From Polyangiales bacterium (lineage in GTDB: Bacteria; Myxococcota_A; Polyangia; Polyangiales; Polyangiaceae): a stretch of DNA of 64,000 nucleotides. Of this stretch, positions 1 to 9,855 are shown piece after piece. How positions within the stretch are numbered: the stretch's first letter is position 1; each line of letters opens with the position of its first letter. The DNA lies in NCBI GenBank assembly GCA_038230375.1, contig JBBRNJ010000036.1:18555-82554 (forward strand). Reading direction: 5' to 3'. Below the pieces are notes generated by a model. The model was given only the letters and a program-made list of their open reading frames with translations. It made no database searches and was not told the DNA's origin. The position numbers were made by a program, and so were the translations under genes.

Positions 1-688
1 TCCACACGACTCCCATGGCCTCCACGAAGATGCGCCGACTCATCTTCGACTTTCCCTCCGTGCGATCCACGAAGACGATCGGCACCTCTTTCACCTTCAT
101 GCCGCGCTTCACCGCGCGGTAGGTCATCTCGATCTGGAAGGAGTACCCGTTCGACTTCACGGTCCCGAGGTCGATCGTCTCCAGGGCGCGGCGCGTGAAC
201 GCCTTGTAACCGCTGGTCAGATCCTTCACGGGCAACCCGAGGATCGTTCGCGAGTACAGCGAGCCGCCCTTGGAGATCACGTGGCGGTGCATGCCCCACC
301 CCTCCACGCCACCGCCCGGGATGTTGCGCGAGCCGATCACCACATCCGCGCCGTCATCCAGCGCACGCACGAAATCCGGCAGGTATCGCACGTCGTGGGA
401 CAGATCCGCGTCCATCTCGAAGAAGCGGTCGTACCCCTCGCCAAGGCCCTTCTCGAACGCCTGCGTGTAGGCCGTGCCCAGGCCGAGCTTGCCGGGCCGA
501 TGCATGACGCGCACGTTCGGATCCTTCGCGGCGATATCGTCCGCGATCTTGCCGGTCCCATCGGGCGAGTTGTCGTCCACGACCAGGATGTCCGCCTCAG
601 GGAATGCGCCACGCACTGCAGAAATGAACCTCGGCAGGTTCGTTTTCTCGTTGTACGTGGGCGTCACGATCAGCGTCTTCGCGGACAT
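1..688 (-). CDS. Polyprenol monophosphomannose synthase (GT2 family), 3' end outside window
   Basis: Manual translation from ATG 688: MSAKTLIVTPTYNEKTNL...ILVVDDNSPDGTG...HRPGKLGLGTAY...FEMDADLSH, which are DPM1/Ppm1-like motifs. Frame runs off the left edge, so it is absent from the ORF track. Confidence 0.92.
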   Translation of the reverse strand, partial: MSAKTLIVTPTYNEKTNLPRFISAVRGAFPEADILVVDDNSPDGTGKIADDIAAKDPNVRVMHRPGKLGLGTAYTQAFEKGLGEGYDRFFEMDADLSHDVRYLPDFVRALDDGADVVIGSRNIPGGGVEGWGMHRHVISKGGSLYSRTILGLPVKDLTSGYKAFTRRALETIDLGTVKSNGYSFQIEMTYRAVKRGMKVKEVPIVFVDRTEGKSKMSRRIFVEAMGVVW

Positions 689-777
689 GCGCCGCGTTCT
701 AGCGCGACGCGTTGCTAATCGCAAACGTCGGTCGTTTCCAGGTTCTGAGGGGCACCGAACAGCGATAATCTCTGGCT

Positions 778-2664
778 GTGGCCCTCAAGTCCGAGCGTCC
801 GCCCCCGCCGGCAGGTCCGCCGAGCGGAATGGTGCTTCCGCAGTCGCGGAAGTCGTCGGGTGGCGTCAATTTCGCGGAGCGGGTCCGCGAGCTCGAAGGG
901 GAGCTCACCCGCGAGCGAAGGACCAGCGCCGCGCTCCGCGAAGTGGGCATCGCCCTTGGCGAGTCCATCGATCTCGACAAGCTCCTCTCCCTCATCCTGC
1001 AGAAGGTCACCGACCTGCTCGAGGCCGAGCGCGCCACGCTCTACCTGGTCGAAGAGCACAACAAGAAGGAGCTCGTCGCGCGCGTCATCCAGGGCGACGA
1101 GGTCCGCTCCATTCGCCTGCCGATCGGCGAAGGCATCGCCGGGACCGTGGCCCAGAGCGGCCGCGCGCTGCTCGTGCCGGACGCCTACAAGGATCCGCGC
1201 TTCGATCCCACCTGGGACAAGGCCTCCGGCTACCGGACCCGCTCCATCCTTGCCGTGCCACTGAAGAACCACCTTGGCAACACCATGGGCGTGCTCCAGG
1301 TGCTCAACAAGCGCGTGGGTGAGTTCACCGATACGGACAGCATGATCCTGACGGCGCTCGCCACGCAGGCCGCCGTCTCCATCGACAACGTCCGCCTCTT
1401 CTCGTCCGTCACGCACAAGAACATGCAGCTCCTGGAGACGAAGGAGCAGCTCGAGCATCGCGTGCGCGACCTCAAGCTCCTGTTCGACCTCGAAAGCGCG
1501 ATGGGCCGCGCCAGCTCGCTCGACGAGCTCTTCCTCTCCGTCCTGCGTGAGGCGATGCGCGTCTGCGGCGCCAAGGCAGGCGCGTTCGCGTTGCGCGACG
1601 GTGCGCACGGAAAGCTCACCGTGCATGTGATGGAAGGGCCGAAAAAAGCCCTGCGGCGTGAGGTCCTCGCGGACAGCCTGGCCCTTGTTGATCACGCCAT
1701 GGTCGAGAACGACGTCGCGCTCATCAACGACGACCGCCGCGACGCGCCGGGCGCAAAGCTCATCTCCAACGCATTGGGTGTAGACTGCACGAATGCCATC
1801 GCCGTCCCGCTAGAGGGGGAGGAAGAGAACGCCATGGGCGCGCTCATCCTCATGAACAAGAAGAACGCGGTCGGCTTCGGCGACGAGGACCAGGCGCTGC
1901 TCGTGCTCGTGGCGGCGAACGCCAGCACGTCCATCCGGCTCCAGCTGGCGCGCGAATCACGCGAGCGCGAGGAGCGCCTCACGACCATCGGGCGGCTGCT
2001 CTCTGGCGTGGTGCACGACCTGCGCACGCCGCTCTCGGTGATCAGCGGCTACGTGCAGCTCATGTCGCACACGGATGACCGCGGCGCGCGCGAGGAGTAC
2101 GCGGAGCTTGCGCACAAGCAGTTCGAGCACATCATGGCCATGCAGCGCGACGTGCTGGAGTTCGCGCGCGGTGAGCGCACGCTGCTCGTCCGCAAGGTCT
2201 ACCTTGCCACGTTCGCGGAGGAGCTGCAGTCGGAGCTGGGCACGGAGCTCGCGCGGCGCGGCGTGGAGCTCGTCATCGACGTGAAGGACAGAGGCACCGC
2301 CCGCTTTGACGAGCAGAAGATCCGCCGCGTCGTCCACAACCTGGCGCGCAACGCGATGGAGGCCATGAGTGACCGCACCGATCGAAGCGAGAAGGCTCGC
2401 GGCGGCGTCTTCACCATCACCATCGGCAAGGACCGCGAGGGCTCCGTCGTCCTCACGTTCTCGGATACGGGCCCCGGCATCCCGAAGGACATCGAGCACC
2501 GCCTCTTCCAGTCCTTCGTCACCAGCGGAAAACAAGGTGGTACCGGCCTTGACCTGGCCATCGTGCGACGCGTGGCGGAAGAGCACGGCGGCACCGTGAG
2601 CGTGAGCTCCTCCGCGAAGGGCGCGACCTTCAAGCTGAAGCTCCCGCAGACGCAGGATCCCTGA
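778..2664 (+). CDS. Cytoplasmic tandem-GAF sensor histidine kinase
   Basis: GAF motifs (PDAYKDPRFD, SILAVPL, GVLQVLNK, FTDTD), a second GAF, H-box VVHDLRTPL, N-box HNLARNAMEA, G1 DTGPGIP. G2 box reads GTGLDL. Confidence 0.9.
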   Translation: MALKSERPPPPAGPPSGMVLPQSRKSSGGVNFAERVRELEGELTRERRTSAALREVGIALGESIDLDKLLSLILQKVTDLLEAERATLYLVEEHNKKELVARVIQGDEVRSIRLPIGEGIAGTVAQSGRALLVPDAYKDPRFDPTWDKASGYRTRSILAVPLKNHLGNTMGVLQVLNKRVGEFTDTDSMILTALATQAAVSIDNVRLFSSVTHKNMQLLETKEQLEHRVRDLKLLFDLESAMGRASSLDELFLSVLREAMRVCGAKAGAFALRDGAHGKLTVHVMEGPKKALRREVLADSLALVDHAMVENDVALINDDRRDAPGAKLISNALGVDCTNAIAVPLEGEEENAMGALILMNKKNAVGFGDEDQALLVLVAANASTSIRLQLARESREREERLTTIGRLLSGVVHDLRTPLSVISGYVQLMSHTDDRGAREEYAELAHKQFEHIMAMQRDVLEFARGERTLLVRKVYLATFAEELQSELGTELARRGVELVIDVKDRGTARFDEQKIRRVVHNLARNAMEAMSDRTDRSEKARGGVFTITIGKDREGSVVLTFSDTGPGIPKDIEHRLFQSFVTSGKQGGTGLDLAIVRRVAEEHGGTVSVSSSAKGATFKLKLPQTQDP

Positions 2665-2666
2665 GC

Positions 2667-3989
2667 ATGCACGTTTGCCGTGGGCCCTTTGTTCGAGACG
2701 GCGCGCGGCTTCCGGTGATGTTCGGCGCTCTCACCTTGCTCACCACGTTCGCGGTGGGCGCTGTCAGCGGGGCGGCTCGCGCCGACGCTGACCTGCCCCC
2801 ATGGACGGACGCGGACGACGTCCCGTTCCCCACGTGGGTGCACTCGGTGTCGCCAAAGCGTGTCGAGGTGCCGATCTACAGCGCGCCCGGCGCCGTCAAC
2901 GACCGCCGAGGGACGCCCATGCTCGAGGCGAAGCTCCCCATCTTCGCAGCGTCGCGCGCGGGCGGCTGCACCGGCCGCTGGTATATGGTCGGCCCCATGG
3001 CATGGGTGTGCAGCGATCAGCTGAACCTGCTCGCCGATCCACCTTCTGCGCCAGAGCCGCAGAAGAACCAGGACGGCCTGCCGTTCCGCTACTACTTCGT
3101 CGGCAAGAACGGCGCGTCCGGATTCCTCAACCTGGGTCGCGCGCTGGACGATCCGCCCGACCAGGAGCTCTTGCCTGGCTGGGCGATCGGCGCCAGTGAG
3201 GAGCGCGACGCTCACGGAGAGCACTGGGTGCTGACGAACCACGGAAAATGGATCGCCTCGCGCGAGCTCGGTCCCGCGCATCCGTTCGCGTTCGAGGGCG
3301 AGACGCTCGAGGGCGCGGTGGACGTGGGCTGGGTCTCGGTCGATCGCGCGAATGTGTATTCTGCAAGTAAAAATGGAAAGGTCACGGGCACCCGCGTGCT
3401 GCGCGAGGTCGTGCACACGTTCGAGCATGCAGGCGAGAGCGGCGCCGCGATGGTGCGCGTCACTGCGGACGGGGCATCGCCAGGCTGGATGCGCGGACGT
3501 GATCTGATTCGCCCCACGGCGGCTCCACCGCCCGATGAGGCCGGAGGCAACGCGCTCCGCGAGAGGTGGATCGACGTGGACACGCAGACGCAGACGCTCG
3601 TGGCGTACGAGGGCACGCGGCCGGTCTTCGCGACGCTCGTCTCCACGGGCAAGGGCGCGCGCGGGTCGCCAACGGCCACGCGCCTCGGCAGCCATCGCAT
3701 CTGGGTGAAGCTCGTCTCCACCAACATGGGCAACCTGGAGAACGAGGACGCGGACGAGCACTATTCGATCGAGGACGTACCCTGGGTGCAGTTCTTCGAC
3801 AAGGCGATCGCCCTGCACGGCGCGTTCTGGCACCGCGACTTCGGGCACGTCCACAGCCACGGCTGCGTGAACCTGGCCCCGCGGGATGCGGCATGGCTCT
3901 TCCACTTCACGGGACCACACCTTCCTCGGGGTTGGATCGCTGCGTTGCCCACGGACCTGGAACGTGGGACCTGGGTCCGCGTGCGCTGA
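2667..3989 (+). CDS. Exported L,D-transpeptidase (YkuD domain)
   Basis: Signal peptide ending ARA-D. C-terminal WIDVD...LVSTGK...ALHGAFWH...HSHGCVNL catalytic His/Cys motif. True start may be up to about 50 nt downstream. Confidence 0.88.
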   Translation: MHVCRGPFVRDGARLPVMFGALTLLTTFAVGAVSGAARADADLPPWTDADDVPFPTWVHSVSPKRVEVPIYSAPGAVNDRRGTPMLEAKLPIFAASRAGGCTGRWYMVGPMAWVCSDQLNLLADPPSAPEPQKNQDGLPFRYYFVGKNGASGFLNLGRALDDPPDQELLPGWAIGASEERDAHGEHWVLTNHGKWIASRELGPAHPFAFEGETLEGAVDVGWVSVDRANVYSASKNGKVTGTRVLREVVHTFEHAGESGAAMVRVTADGASPGWMRGRDLIRPTAAPPPDEAGGNALRERWIDVDTQTQTLVAYEGTRPVFATLVSTGKGARGSPTATRLGSHRIWVKLVSTNMGNLENEDADEHYSIEDVPWVQFFDKAIALHGAFWHRDFGHVHSHGCVNLAPRDAAWLFHFTGPHLPRGWIAALPTDLERGTWVRVR

Positions 3990-4101
3990 AAAGCCAAAAA
4001 GGACCCGGGAAAGCTCAAGGGGGTTGAGGTTTGCAAGGCGAAACGGTAAGGCACTGCACCTGGCCGCCCGTCCGGGCGCACACCTTGGAGTTGGTCTCGA
4101 C

Positions 4102-4698
4102 ATGGTCACCTGGAACACCCGCACCGTCCTCGTCTGCGCCGTCACGATGGTCCTCACGACGGGCCTCGTCGTCTCGGGCTGCAGCGATGATTCGACCAAC
4201 GCGAGCCCGGCGGAGGCTGGGACCACGTGCCCGGCGACGTTCGAAGAGGCCAACACGCGCTTCTGCAACACGGAAGGCCTTCGCTGCACCTTCCAGTATT
4301 ATTGCACCGGCAATCTCTACCAGATCGCCAACTGCAACTGCACCGGCGGCAAGTTCGCCTGCTACGACCAGAGCGCTCCCGCCACGCCCATTGCCGCAAA
4401 CGCCGCGCCGGCCTGCGTGAACGCGAACAACACCAAGGACGAGCCCTGCCCCGCATCGTTCGACAGCGCGGATGGTGTCGCCTGCCACGTCGCCGGCAAG
4501 ACGTGCCAGTACGCGGGCCAGGTGTGTGAGGGCTTCCAGCTCAACGATCATTGCCAGTGCGTCGCTGGTGGCAACGGCAGCGGCGGCGCCGATGCGGGCC
4601 TCGCGTACAAGTGCGAGAAGAACCTCTGCTCCCTCGAGGGCGGCGGCCCCGCCACGGACTCCGGCACCATCCAGGACGCGTCCACTGACGGCGGCTGA
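4102..4698 (+). CDS. Cys-rich lipoprotein, unknown function
   Basis: ATG 4102 after GGAG. Lipobox VSGC. Two internally similar Cys-rich units (CP.TF/SF...C...G..C.[FY]). Confidence 0.75.
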   Translation: MVTWNTRTVLVCAVTMVLTTGLVVSGCSDDSTNASPAEAGTTCPATFEEANTRFCNTEGLRCTFQYYCTGNLYQIANCNCTGGKFACYDQSAPATPIAANAAPACVNANNTKDEPCPASFDSADGVACHVAGKTCQYAGQVCEGFQLNDHCQCVAGGNGSGGADAGLAYKCEKNLCSLEGGGPATDSGTIQDASTDGG

Positions 4699-4758
4699 GG
4701 CCATCGCAGGTTGCGCCGCAGGTTGCATCGGAGCGCGCGACAATAGGGGAGCGCACGC

Positions 4759-6477
4759 ATGATCTCTGTCGTCGCCGCGGTCCGAGATCTGGCGCGCCTT
4801 CGTGAGATCACCAGCGTGCTTGCCCGCCATGGATTCGGCGAGCTCGTCACGCGCGCGGGCTTTGGCCGCACGAAGAAGAAGAACGCGGACGGGCAGACAG
4901 TGCCGCCGCCGCCGGATGCGCAGAACACGCCTGAAATGCTGGGCGAAGAGCTCGCGCGAGGCGAGGAAGAGAAGACGAAGATCAGCCGCGGCGAGCGCGT
5001 GCGGCTCGTCATCCAGGATCTCGGACCGTCGTTCATCAAGCTCGGACAGATCGCGAGCACGCGCGCCGACCTCGTGCCGGAAGACATCCTGAAGGAGCTC
5101 AGGAAGCTCCAGGACGAGGTGCCGCCCATTCCGTACGAGGACGTGAAGAAGGTCGTGGAGAGCAGCCTCGGGGCGCCCATAGGCTCCTTGTACAAGCGCT
5201 TCGAGGAGCAGCCGCTCGCCACGGCCTCCATCGGCCAGGTGCACCGCGCCACTCTTGTGACCCCCGACGGTGACCACGAGGTCGTCGTGAAGGTCCAGCG
5301 CCCCGGTGTCGCCGAGACCGTCGCGCGCGACATCGAGCTCCTCCACATCCTCGCGGCGGCCGCGGAGCGCGCCATCCCGGAGGCAAAGTTCTACTCGCCG
5401 GTGGGCCTGGTCGCCCAGTTCGACCGCTCGATCATGAGCGAGCTGAACTACCAGGTAGAGGCGGAGCACGCGGAGCGCTTCGCCAAGAACTTCGACGGCG
5501 ACACCCGCGTCCGGTTCCCGCGCGTCTACAAGGAGGTCTCCTCGAAGCACGTGCTGACGATGGAGTTCTTCGACGGGAAGAAGGTCGACAAGGCCCTTGC
5601 CAGTGGGTACTCGGGGCCGACGATCGCGAAGACCTCGGTGGGCGTGATCATCAAGATGATCTTCGAGGACGGCTTTTTTCATGCCGATCCGCATCCGGGC
5701 AACATCATCATCCTGGGCACGCCAGAGGCGCCCGTGTTCGGGCTCATCGACCTTGGCATGATTGGCCGGCTCTCGCCCGAGCTACGCGAAGGCATCACGG
5801 ACCTCATGCTCGCGGCCGCGCGCAAGGACAGCTACGCCGTCGCGGACGCGCTCTACAGGGTCGGCAAGCCCACGCGCAAGGTCGACATGAAGGAGTACCG
5901 TTCGGAGGTCTCGGCCCTTGCCGAGAAGTACCTCGGCAAGCCGCTGAAGGAGCTCGACATCGGCGCGCTCCTGCGCGATCTGGTGCAGGGGGCGGTGAAA
6001 TACGGTATCGAGATCCCGAGCGACTTCATGATGGCCGGCAAGGCGCTCATGACGCTGGACGGGATCGGCAAGCAGCTCGACCCCGACCTGGATCTCTTCG
6101 GCGAGGCCACACCCTATTTCACCGCGCTGCTCCGAAAGCGCTACTCGCCGCAGCGCATTGGCAACGAGCTCATTCGCGGCGTGGAGCAGCTCTCGCGTGT
6201 GAGCCATGATCTGCCTGCGCACCTCACGGAGGTGCTGGATGATCTGCGCCTTGGCCGTCTCTCCGTGAAGGCCCACGATCCCCAGATGTCCGTCACGGCG
6301 GACCGCCTGGGTCGCCGCATCTTCTCGGGCCTCGTGATCGCCGCGCTGGTGGGCGCAGGCGCCATCATGGTGCGCTCGGATGACCACCCCAACTTCGGCA
6401 TCACCCTCCTGGTCGTCGCGGCGCTTGGCTGGCTCGTACATGTGCTCGGCGACCTCCGTCGCGGCCGCACCAAGTAG
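4759..6477 (+). CDS. AarF/UbiB (ABC1) family atypical kinase
   Basis: LGPSFIKLGQ, PLATASIGQVH, VVVKVQRPG, FFHADPHPGN, IDLGM, plus two C-terminal TM helices. Confidence 0.92.
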   Translation: MISVVAAVRDLARLREITSVLARHGFGELVTRAGFGRTKKKNADGQTVPPPPDAQNTPEMLGEELARGEEEKTKISRGERVRLVIQDLGPSFIKLGQIASTRADLVPEDILKELRKLQDEVPPIPYEDVKKVVESSLGAPIGSLYKRFEEQPLATASIGQVHRATLVTPDGDHEVVVKVQRPGVAETVARDIELLHILAAAAERAIPEAKFYSPVGLVAQFDRSIMSELNYQVEAEHAERFAKNFDGDTRVRFPRVYKEVSSKHVLTMEFFDGKKVDKALASGYSGPTIAKTSVGVIIKMIFEDGFFHADPHPGNIIILGTPEAPVFGLIDLGMIGRLSPELREGITDLMLAAARKDSYAVADALYRVGKPTRKVDMKEYRSEVSALAEKYLGKPLKELDIGALLRDLVQGAVKYGIEIPSDFMMAGKALMTLDGIGKQLDPDLDLFGEATPYFTALLRKRYSPQRIGNELIRGVEQLSRVSHDLPAHLTEVLDDLRLGRLSVKAHDPQMSVTADRLGRRIFSGLVIAALVGAGAIMVRSDDHPNFGITLLVVAALGWLVHVLGDLRRGRTK

Positions 6478-6523
6478 TCCGCAGGGACCGAGAGCTCGCG
6501 CGCGCTTCGCGAGACAAAATGAA

Positions 6524-6549
6524 AACGGGAGCCCGTGAGAGCTCCCGTT
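6524..6549 (-). terminator. Rho-independent terminator after atpE, possibly bidirectional
   Basis: Perfect 9-bp stem AACGGGAGC/GCTCCCGTT with an 8-nt loop, followed on the minus strand by TTCATTTT. Lies between convergent genes. Confidence 0.8.
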
Positions 6550-6580
6550 CTTGCGTCGCGCCTCTTTCGAGGGCGTTCGT

Positions 6581-6928
6581 TCAGTTACCGCCCGCGATGT
6601 TGCGGAGGAAGAACGCGATGACGAACGAGAGGAGCACGAGCGACTCGATGAGGGCCAGGCCGAGGATCATCGGCGTCTGGATGCGCGCCGCGGCGCCCGG
6701 GTTACGCGAGATGCCTTCGAGCGCAGCAGCGGCCGCGCGGCCCTGCCCGAGCGCGCCACCGAGCACGCCAACGCCGATCGCAAGGCCCGCGCCCATGGCG
6801 GCCCACGCCTTCACATCAGCAGGGGTGCTGGCGCCGTCGGCCGCAAACGCGAGGACGGGGGTGAGGAGGACAATCGCTGCGGCGAGCAGTGCAGTCGTCG
6901 CGGGGCCAAGCTTCTTCAAGGTCGACAT
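6581..6928 (-). CDS. atpE: ATP synthase F0 subunit c
   Basis: GxGxGxG-like helix, loop ISRNP, carboxylate in LALIESL, SD AAGGAG. Carries an N-terminal hydrophobic extension. Confidence 0.95.
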   Translation of the reverse strand: MSTLKKLGPATTALLAAAIVLLTPVLAFAADGASTPADVKAWAAMGAGLAIGVGVLGGALGQGRAAAAALEGISRNPGAAARIQTPMILGLALIESLVLLSFVIAFFLRNIAGGN

Positions 6929-7067
6929 CTCAGTAGCTCCTTCAGGGAATCTGTAGCGGCTGGCAGGCTCGTATCGATGCTGCGCGGCGCCTTTTAGTAA
7001 GTTTTTTGAGAGGTGTATAGGGCGTAATTGGAGAGCGTAATTTGGGTGCGCGTAGACGTGGCGCGAA

Positions 7068-7904
7068 TCAGTGCGCGGCTGCCTTTTCGCCGTGCGCGTC
7101 CGCGTCCGAATGCGACTCGCCGTGGTCGTCGTGACCCTCCGTGGCGAGCGTGATGTAGATCGACGTGAGCAGTGTGAACACCAGCGTCTGCACGACGCAA
7201 ACGAGCGTGCCCAGCATCATGATGGGGATCGGCAGGAACAGCGCGAACATGCCGAGCATGATCGACGCGAGCAGGTGGTCGACCGCGATGTTGAGCATCA
7301 AACGAATGCCGAGCGTGATCGGCCGGATGATGAACGTCGAGAGGAACTCGATCCCGAAGATGAGCACGTTGATCGGGATGAACACCGGGCCCATCCACGG
7401 TCCGAACAGGTGCGAGATGAAGCCGAAGCCGTTCTCCTTGAACCCGAAGTAGGTGAACGCGACGAGCGACACGATCGCGCACCCGAACGTGATGCTCAGC
7501 GTGGCCGTGGGCGGCAAGAAGCCAGGGATCAGGCCCAGCATGTTCGAGAAGAAGATGAAGCAGGCGAGCGTGCCCACGATGGGGAAGTAACGCTGCGCGC
7601 GCTTCGGCCCCATCATGTCCTTCATCATGTCGTAGAAGTAGCCGACGAAGAGCTCCCAGAACGTGCGGAGCGTGAGCTTGTCGTCCGGGATGATGGACTG
7701 ATTGTGGTTCTGGATCGCCTTGCGGGCCATCAGCGCGAGCGCGATCACGAGCACGACCACGAACAGGCTCGCCGTGATCGGCTCCGCGTGGTGCTCGCCC
7801 ACGGGCTGCCCGCCCACGAACGTGTGGCCCAGGTTCTTCATGTTCTCGCCCAGGGCGGGGAACATGGAGATGAGGTAGCTCAAAAATGAGGTGTGCTCAG
7901 GCAT
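7068..7904 (-). CDS. atpB: ATP synthase F0 subunit a
   Basis: [25 protein letters not shown] (essential Arg), [13 protein letters not shown], His-rich tail. Start taken at ATG 7904. Confidence 0.95.
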   Translation of the reverse strand: MPEHTSFLSYLISMFPALGENMKNLGHTFVGGQPVGEHHAEPITASLFVVVLVIALALMARKAIQNHNQSIIPDDKLTLRTFWELFVGYFYDMMKDMMGPKRAQRYFPIVGTLACFIFFSNMLGLIPGFLPPTATLSITFGCAIVSLVAFTYFGFKENGFGFISHLFGPWMGPVFIPINVLIFGIEFLSTFIIRPITLGIRLMLNIAVDHLLASIMLGMFALFLPIPIMMLGTLVCVVQTLVFTLLTSIYITLATEGHDDHGESHSDADAHGEKAAAH

Positions 7905-7997
7905 GTCGGGCGCGTTCCTAACACGAGGGCGCCCGTGGGGTCGAGGGCCCTTCTGACAGCGCACATGGGGCCCATCCGCGGGGCCGACAAGGGGGGA

Positions 7998-8312
7998 CTA
8001 TTTGCCGGCAGGCGGGTCGTCGTGCGGCTTTTCTTCGTCGGGCGGTGGGGTGTCGTCCCACGGGTCCTCGCCGCGCTCCTGCGCTTCTTCGCGCTCGACG
8101 TCCTTCTCCATCCGCTTCGCAGCGACCCAGAGCGCCTTGAAGCCTGCGTAGCAGCCCACGAGGAAGCCAACGCCCGCGAGCCAACCCTTCGTGCCGAAGC
8201 GATTGTCGAGCCAGTGGCCGCCGTAGTAGCCCAGCCCGATCGAGAGGACGAGCTCGATGCCGACCGACCCATAACGGCCGTACGCACGCCAGGGCTTTCG
8301 CGACCGCGCCAT
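7998..8312 (-). CDS. AtpZ/AtpI family protein
   Basis: Two TM helices with GYYGGHWLDNRFGTKGW motif, directly upstream of atpB. Alternative start at 8348. Confidence 0.85.
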   Translation of the reverse strand: MARSRKPWRAYGRYGSVGIELVLSIGLGYYGGHWLDNRFGTKGWLAGVGFLVGCYAGFKALWVAAKRMEKDVEREEAQERGEDPWDDTPPPDEEKPHDDPPAGK

Positions 8313-8378
8313 GAAGAGCGCGTACCACCGCGCGCGCGCCTTCGCCATCCCCTTGGCGTTTGGCTATGCTTCGATCAT

Positions 8379-9263
8379 ATGAAGCGCTTGGTCACTGACT
8401 TATGGCTGGCCTTGCCGGCCTGCATCTTCGTTCTCGCGGTGCCCATCACGGCTGCCGCGCAGCAGCCCACACCGCTTCCACCGCCCACGCCGCCGCCGCC
8501 GGGCTCGGAGCCTCCGCCGTCACCCACGTACCCGCCGCAGGATCCCAATCCGCCTCCCACCCACTACCAGCCGCCGCCGCCGCACCCTCACCACCGGCCG
8601 CCGCCGCCCGCATACGAGTTCGTGGACCCCGAGCCGCCGACACATGCGCCGCGCTTCTCGCTCTGGACAGGAGCGCGCGTGGGGCTGCTCTCCTTTTCGA
8701 ATGCATTCTACACCAATCAGCAGGGCGACGCGGAGACCACGGGAAACTACGTGCGTCCTGGTCTCTCGTTGGAAGCGGACGTGGGCGCGCGCCTGGCGAA
8801 GCGCTTCCTGCCGTACCTGTTGTTCGAGCACGGCTTCTTGGGGCAGGGCCGCCGGTTCGAGGGCTCGAATGCGAGCTCGCAGTCGAACCTGTACGGCATC
8901 GGCTTCCGGTACACCGCGTTCGACGTGGACAGCGTGGGCTTCCTGGCAGACCTGTCCTTCGGCTTTCGCTCCATCACCGTGAACAACGGCGGCGAGAGCT
9001 ACACGATGCGTTCGCTGGAGATCTTTCGCTTCGGGTTGGGCGCGGAGATCCGCTTGAACACGCGCTTTGTCATCTCGCCGTTGCTCTCGTTCTCCACTGG
9101 CAACATGGGCGACACGGATGGCAGCATCCACTTCAGCAAGGCGGGAAGCGGAGACGGTCTTGGTGCTCCGCGCTACCAGAACGGGCAGAACATCAGCAAC
9201 CAGCAGGGCTACTTGATGGTCAACCTGGGCGTGGGCGGGCACTTCGATCTGCTGGGAAAATAG
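8379..9263 (+). CDS. Putative outer-membrane beta-barrel protein with Pro-rich N-terminus
   Basis: Signal peptide ending AAA-Q, poly-Pro linker, amphipathic beta-strands, C-terminal NLGVGGHFDL. Confidence 0.7.
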   Translation: MKRLVTDLWLALPACIFVLAVPITAAAQQPTPLPPPTPPPPGSEPPPSPTYPPQDPNPPPTHYQPPPPHPHHRPPPPAYEFVDPEPPTHAPRFSLWTGARVGLLSFSNAFYTNQQGDAETTGNYVRPGLSLEADVGARLAKRFLPYLLFEHGFLGQGRRFEGSNASSQSNLYGIGFRYTAFDVDSVGFLADLSFGFRSITVNNGGESYTMRSLEIFRFGLGAEIRLNTRFVISPLLSFSTGNMGDTDGSIHFSKAGSGDGLGAPRYQNGQNISNQQGYLMVNLGVGGHFDLLGK

Positions 9264-9266
9264 CCG

Positions 9267-9680
9267 TCAGGGAACCGTGATGGTCTTGTCGAGGATGGCG
9301 CTTTCGTGACCCTTCGCGTCCGACAGGTGGAACTCCACCGCGTGTGAGCCCTTCGGCGCGTTCAGGATGACGAAGTCGATCTTCTGTCCGGTGAGGGTCG
9401 TGGGCGCGTTCGGGATGTTGATGACGTGATCCTGGCCGAGCTCCGTGAAGAACACGTGGAGCGCGCTGATGCCTGCGCCATCGTCGTGCGCGGTGAGCGT
9501 GAGGACCACGCCAGGTCCCGTCTGCCCCTGCACAGTCATGGCGCTGGTCGTGGCGGGCACATCCAGGTTGTCGATGACGGGCCCAGGCTCGCTCGCGCTG
9601 CTGCTCGAGCAACCAGAGACGGTGAGCGCGACGGCCGCGAGGCCGAGACCCAAGAAGCGAGAGAAGGAAGACGCGTTCAT
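9267..9680 (-). CDS. Small lipoprotein, beta-sandwich-like, unknown function
   Basis: ATG 9680 after AGGAG. Lipobox VSGC. Confidence 0.75.
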   Translation of the reverse strand: MNASSFSRFLGLGLAAVALTVSGCSSSSASEPGPVIDNLDVPATTSAMTVQGQTGPGVVLTLTAHDDGAGISALHVFFTELGQDHVINIPNAPTTLTGQKIDFVILNAPKGSHAVEFHLSDAKGHESAILDKTITVP

Positions 9681-9729
9681 GAAAAGCTCCTGCCGCAAGC
9701 GCGGCGGTTCGTGTTGCGGCGCGAGCGTG

Positions 9730-9745
9730 TGCAACGGCAGTGCCG
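9730..9745 (-). promoter_or_regulatory. Candidate sigma-54 (-24/-12) promoter
   Basis: Minus strand CGGCACTGCCGTTGCA has exact GG-N10-GC spacing, 50 nt upstream of ATG 9680. Confidence 0.5.
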
Positions 9746-9855
9746 TCTCCAAAACGCCCCAGACAGGCTGCTTTTCAGGCGAAAGCGCACCCCGTGTGAA
9801 CCGCGCGACACACGCACCTGTACGCCATCAGGCACGCGAAGGCACCTTCGCGCCC

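Noticed and set aside
4705..4726. Direct repeat CGCAGGTTGC x2 upstream of the AarF/UbiB gene
   Set aside because: Only two short GC-rich copies with no other support. Could be chance.
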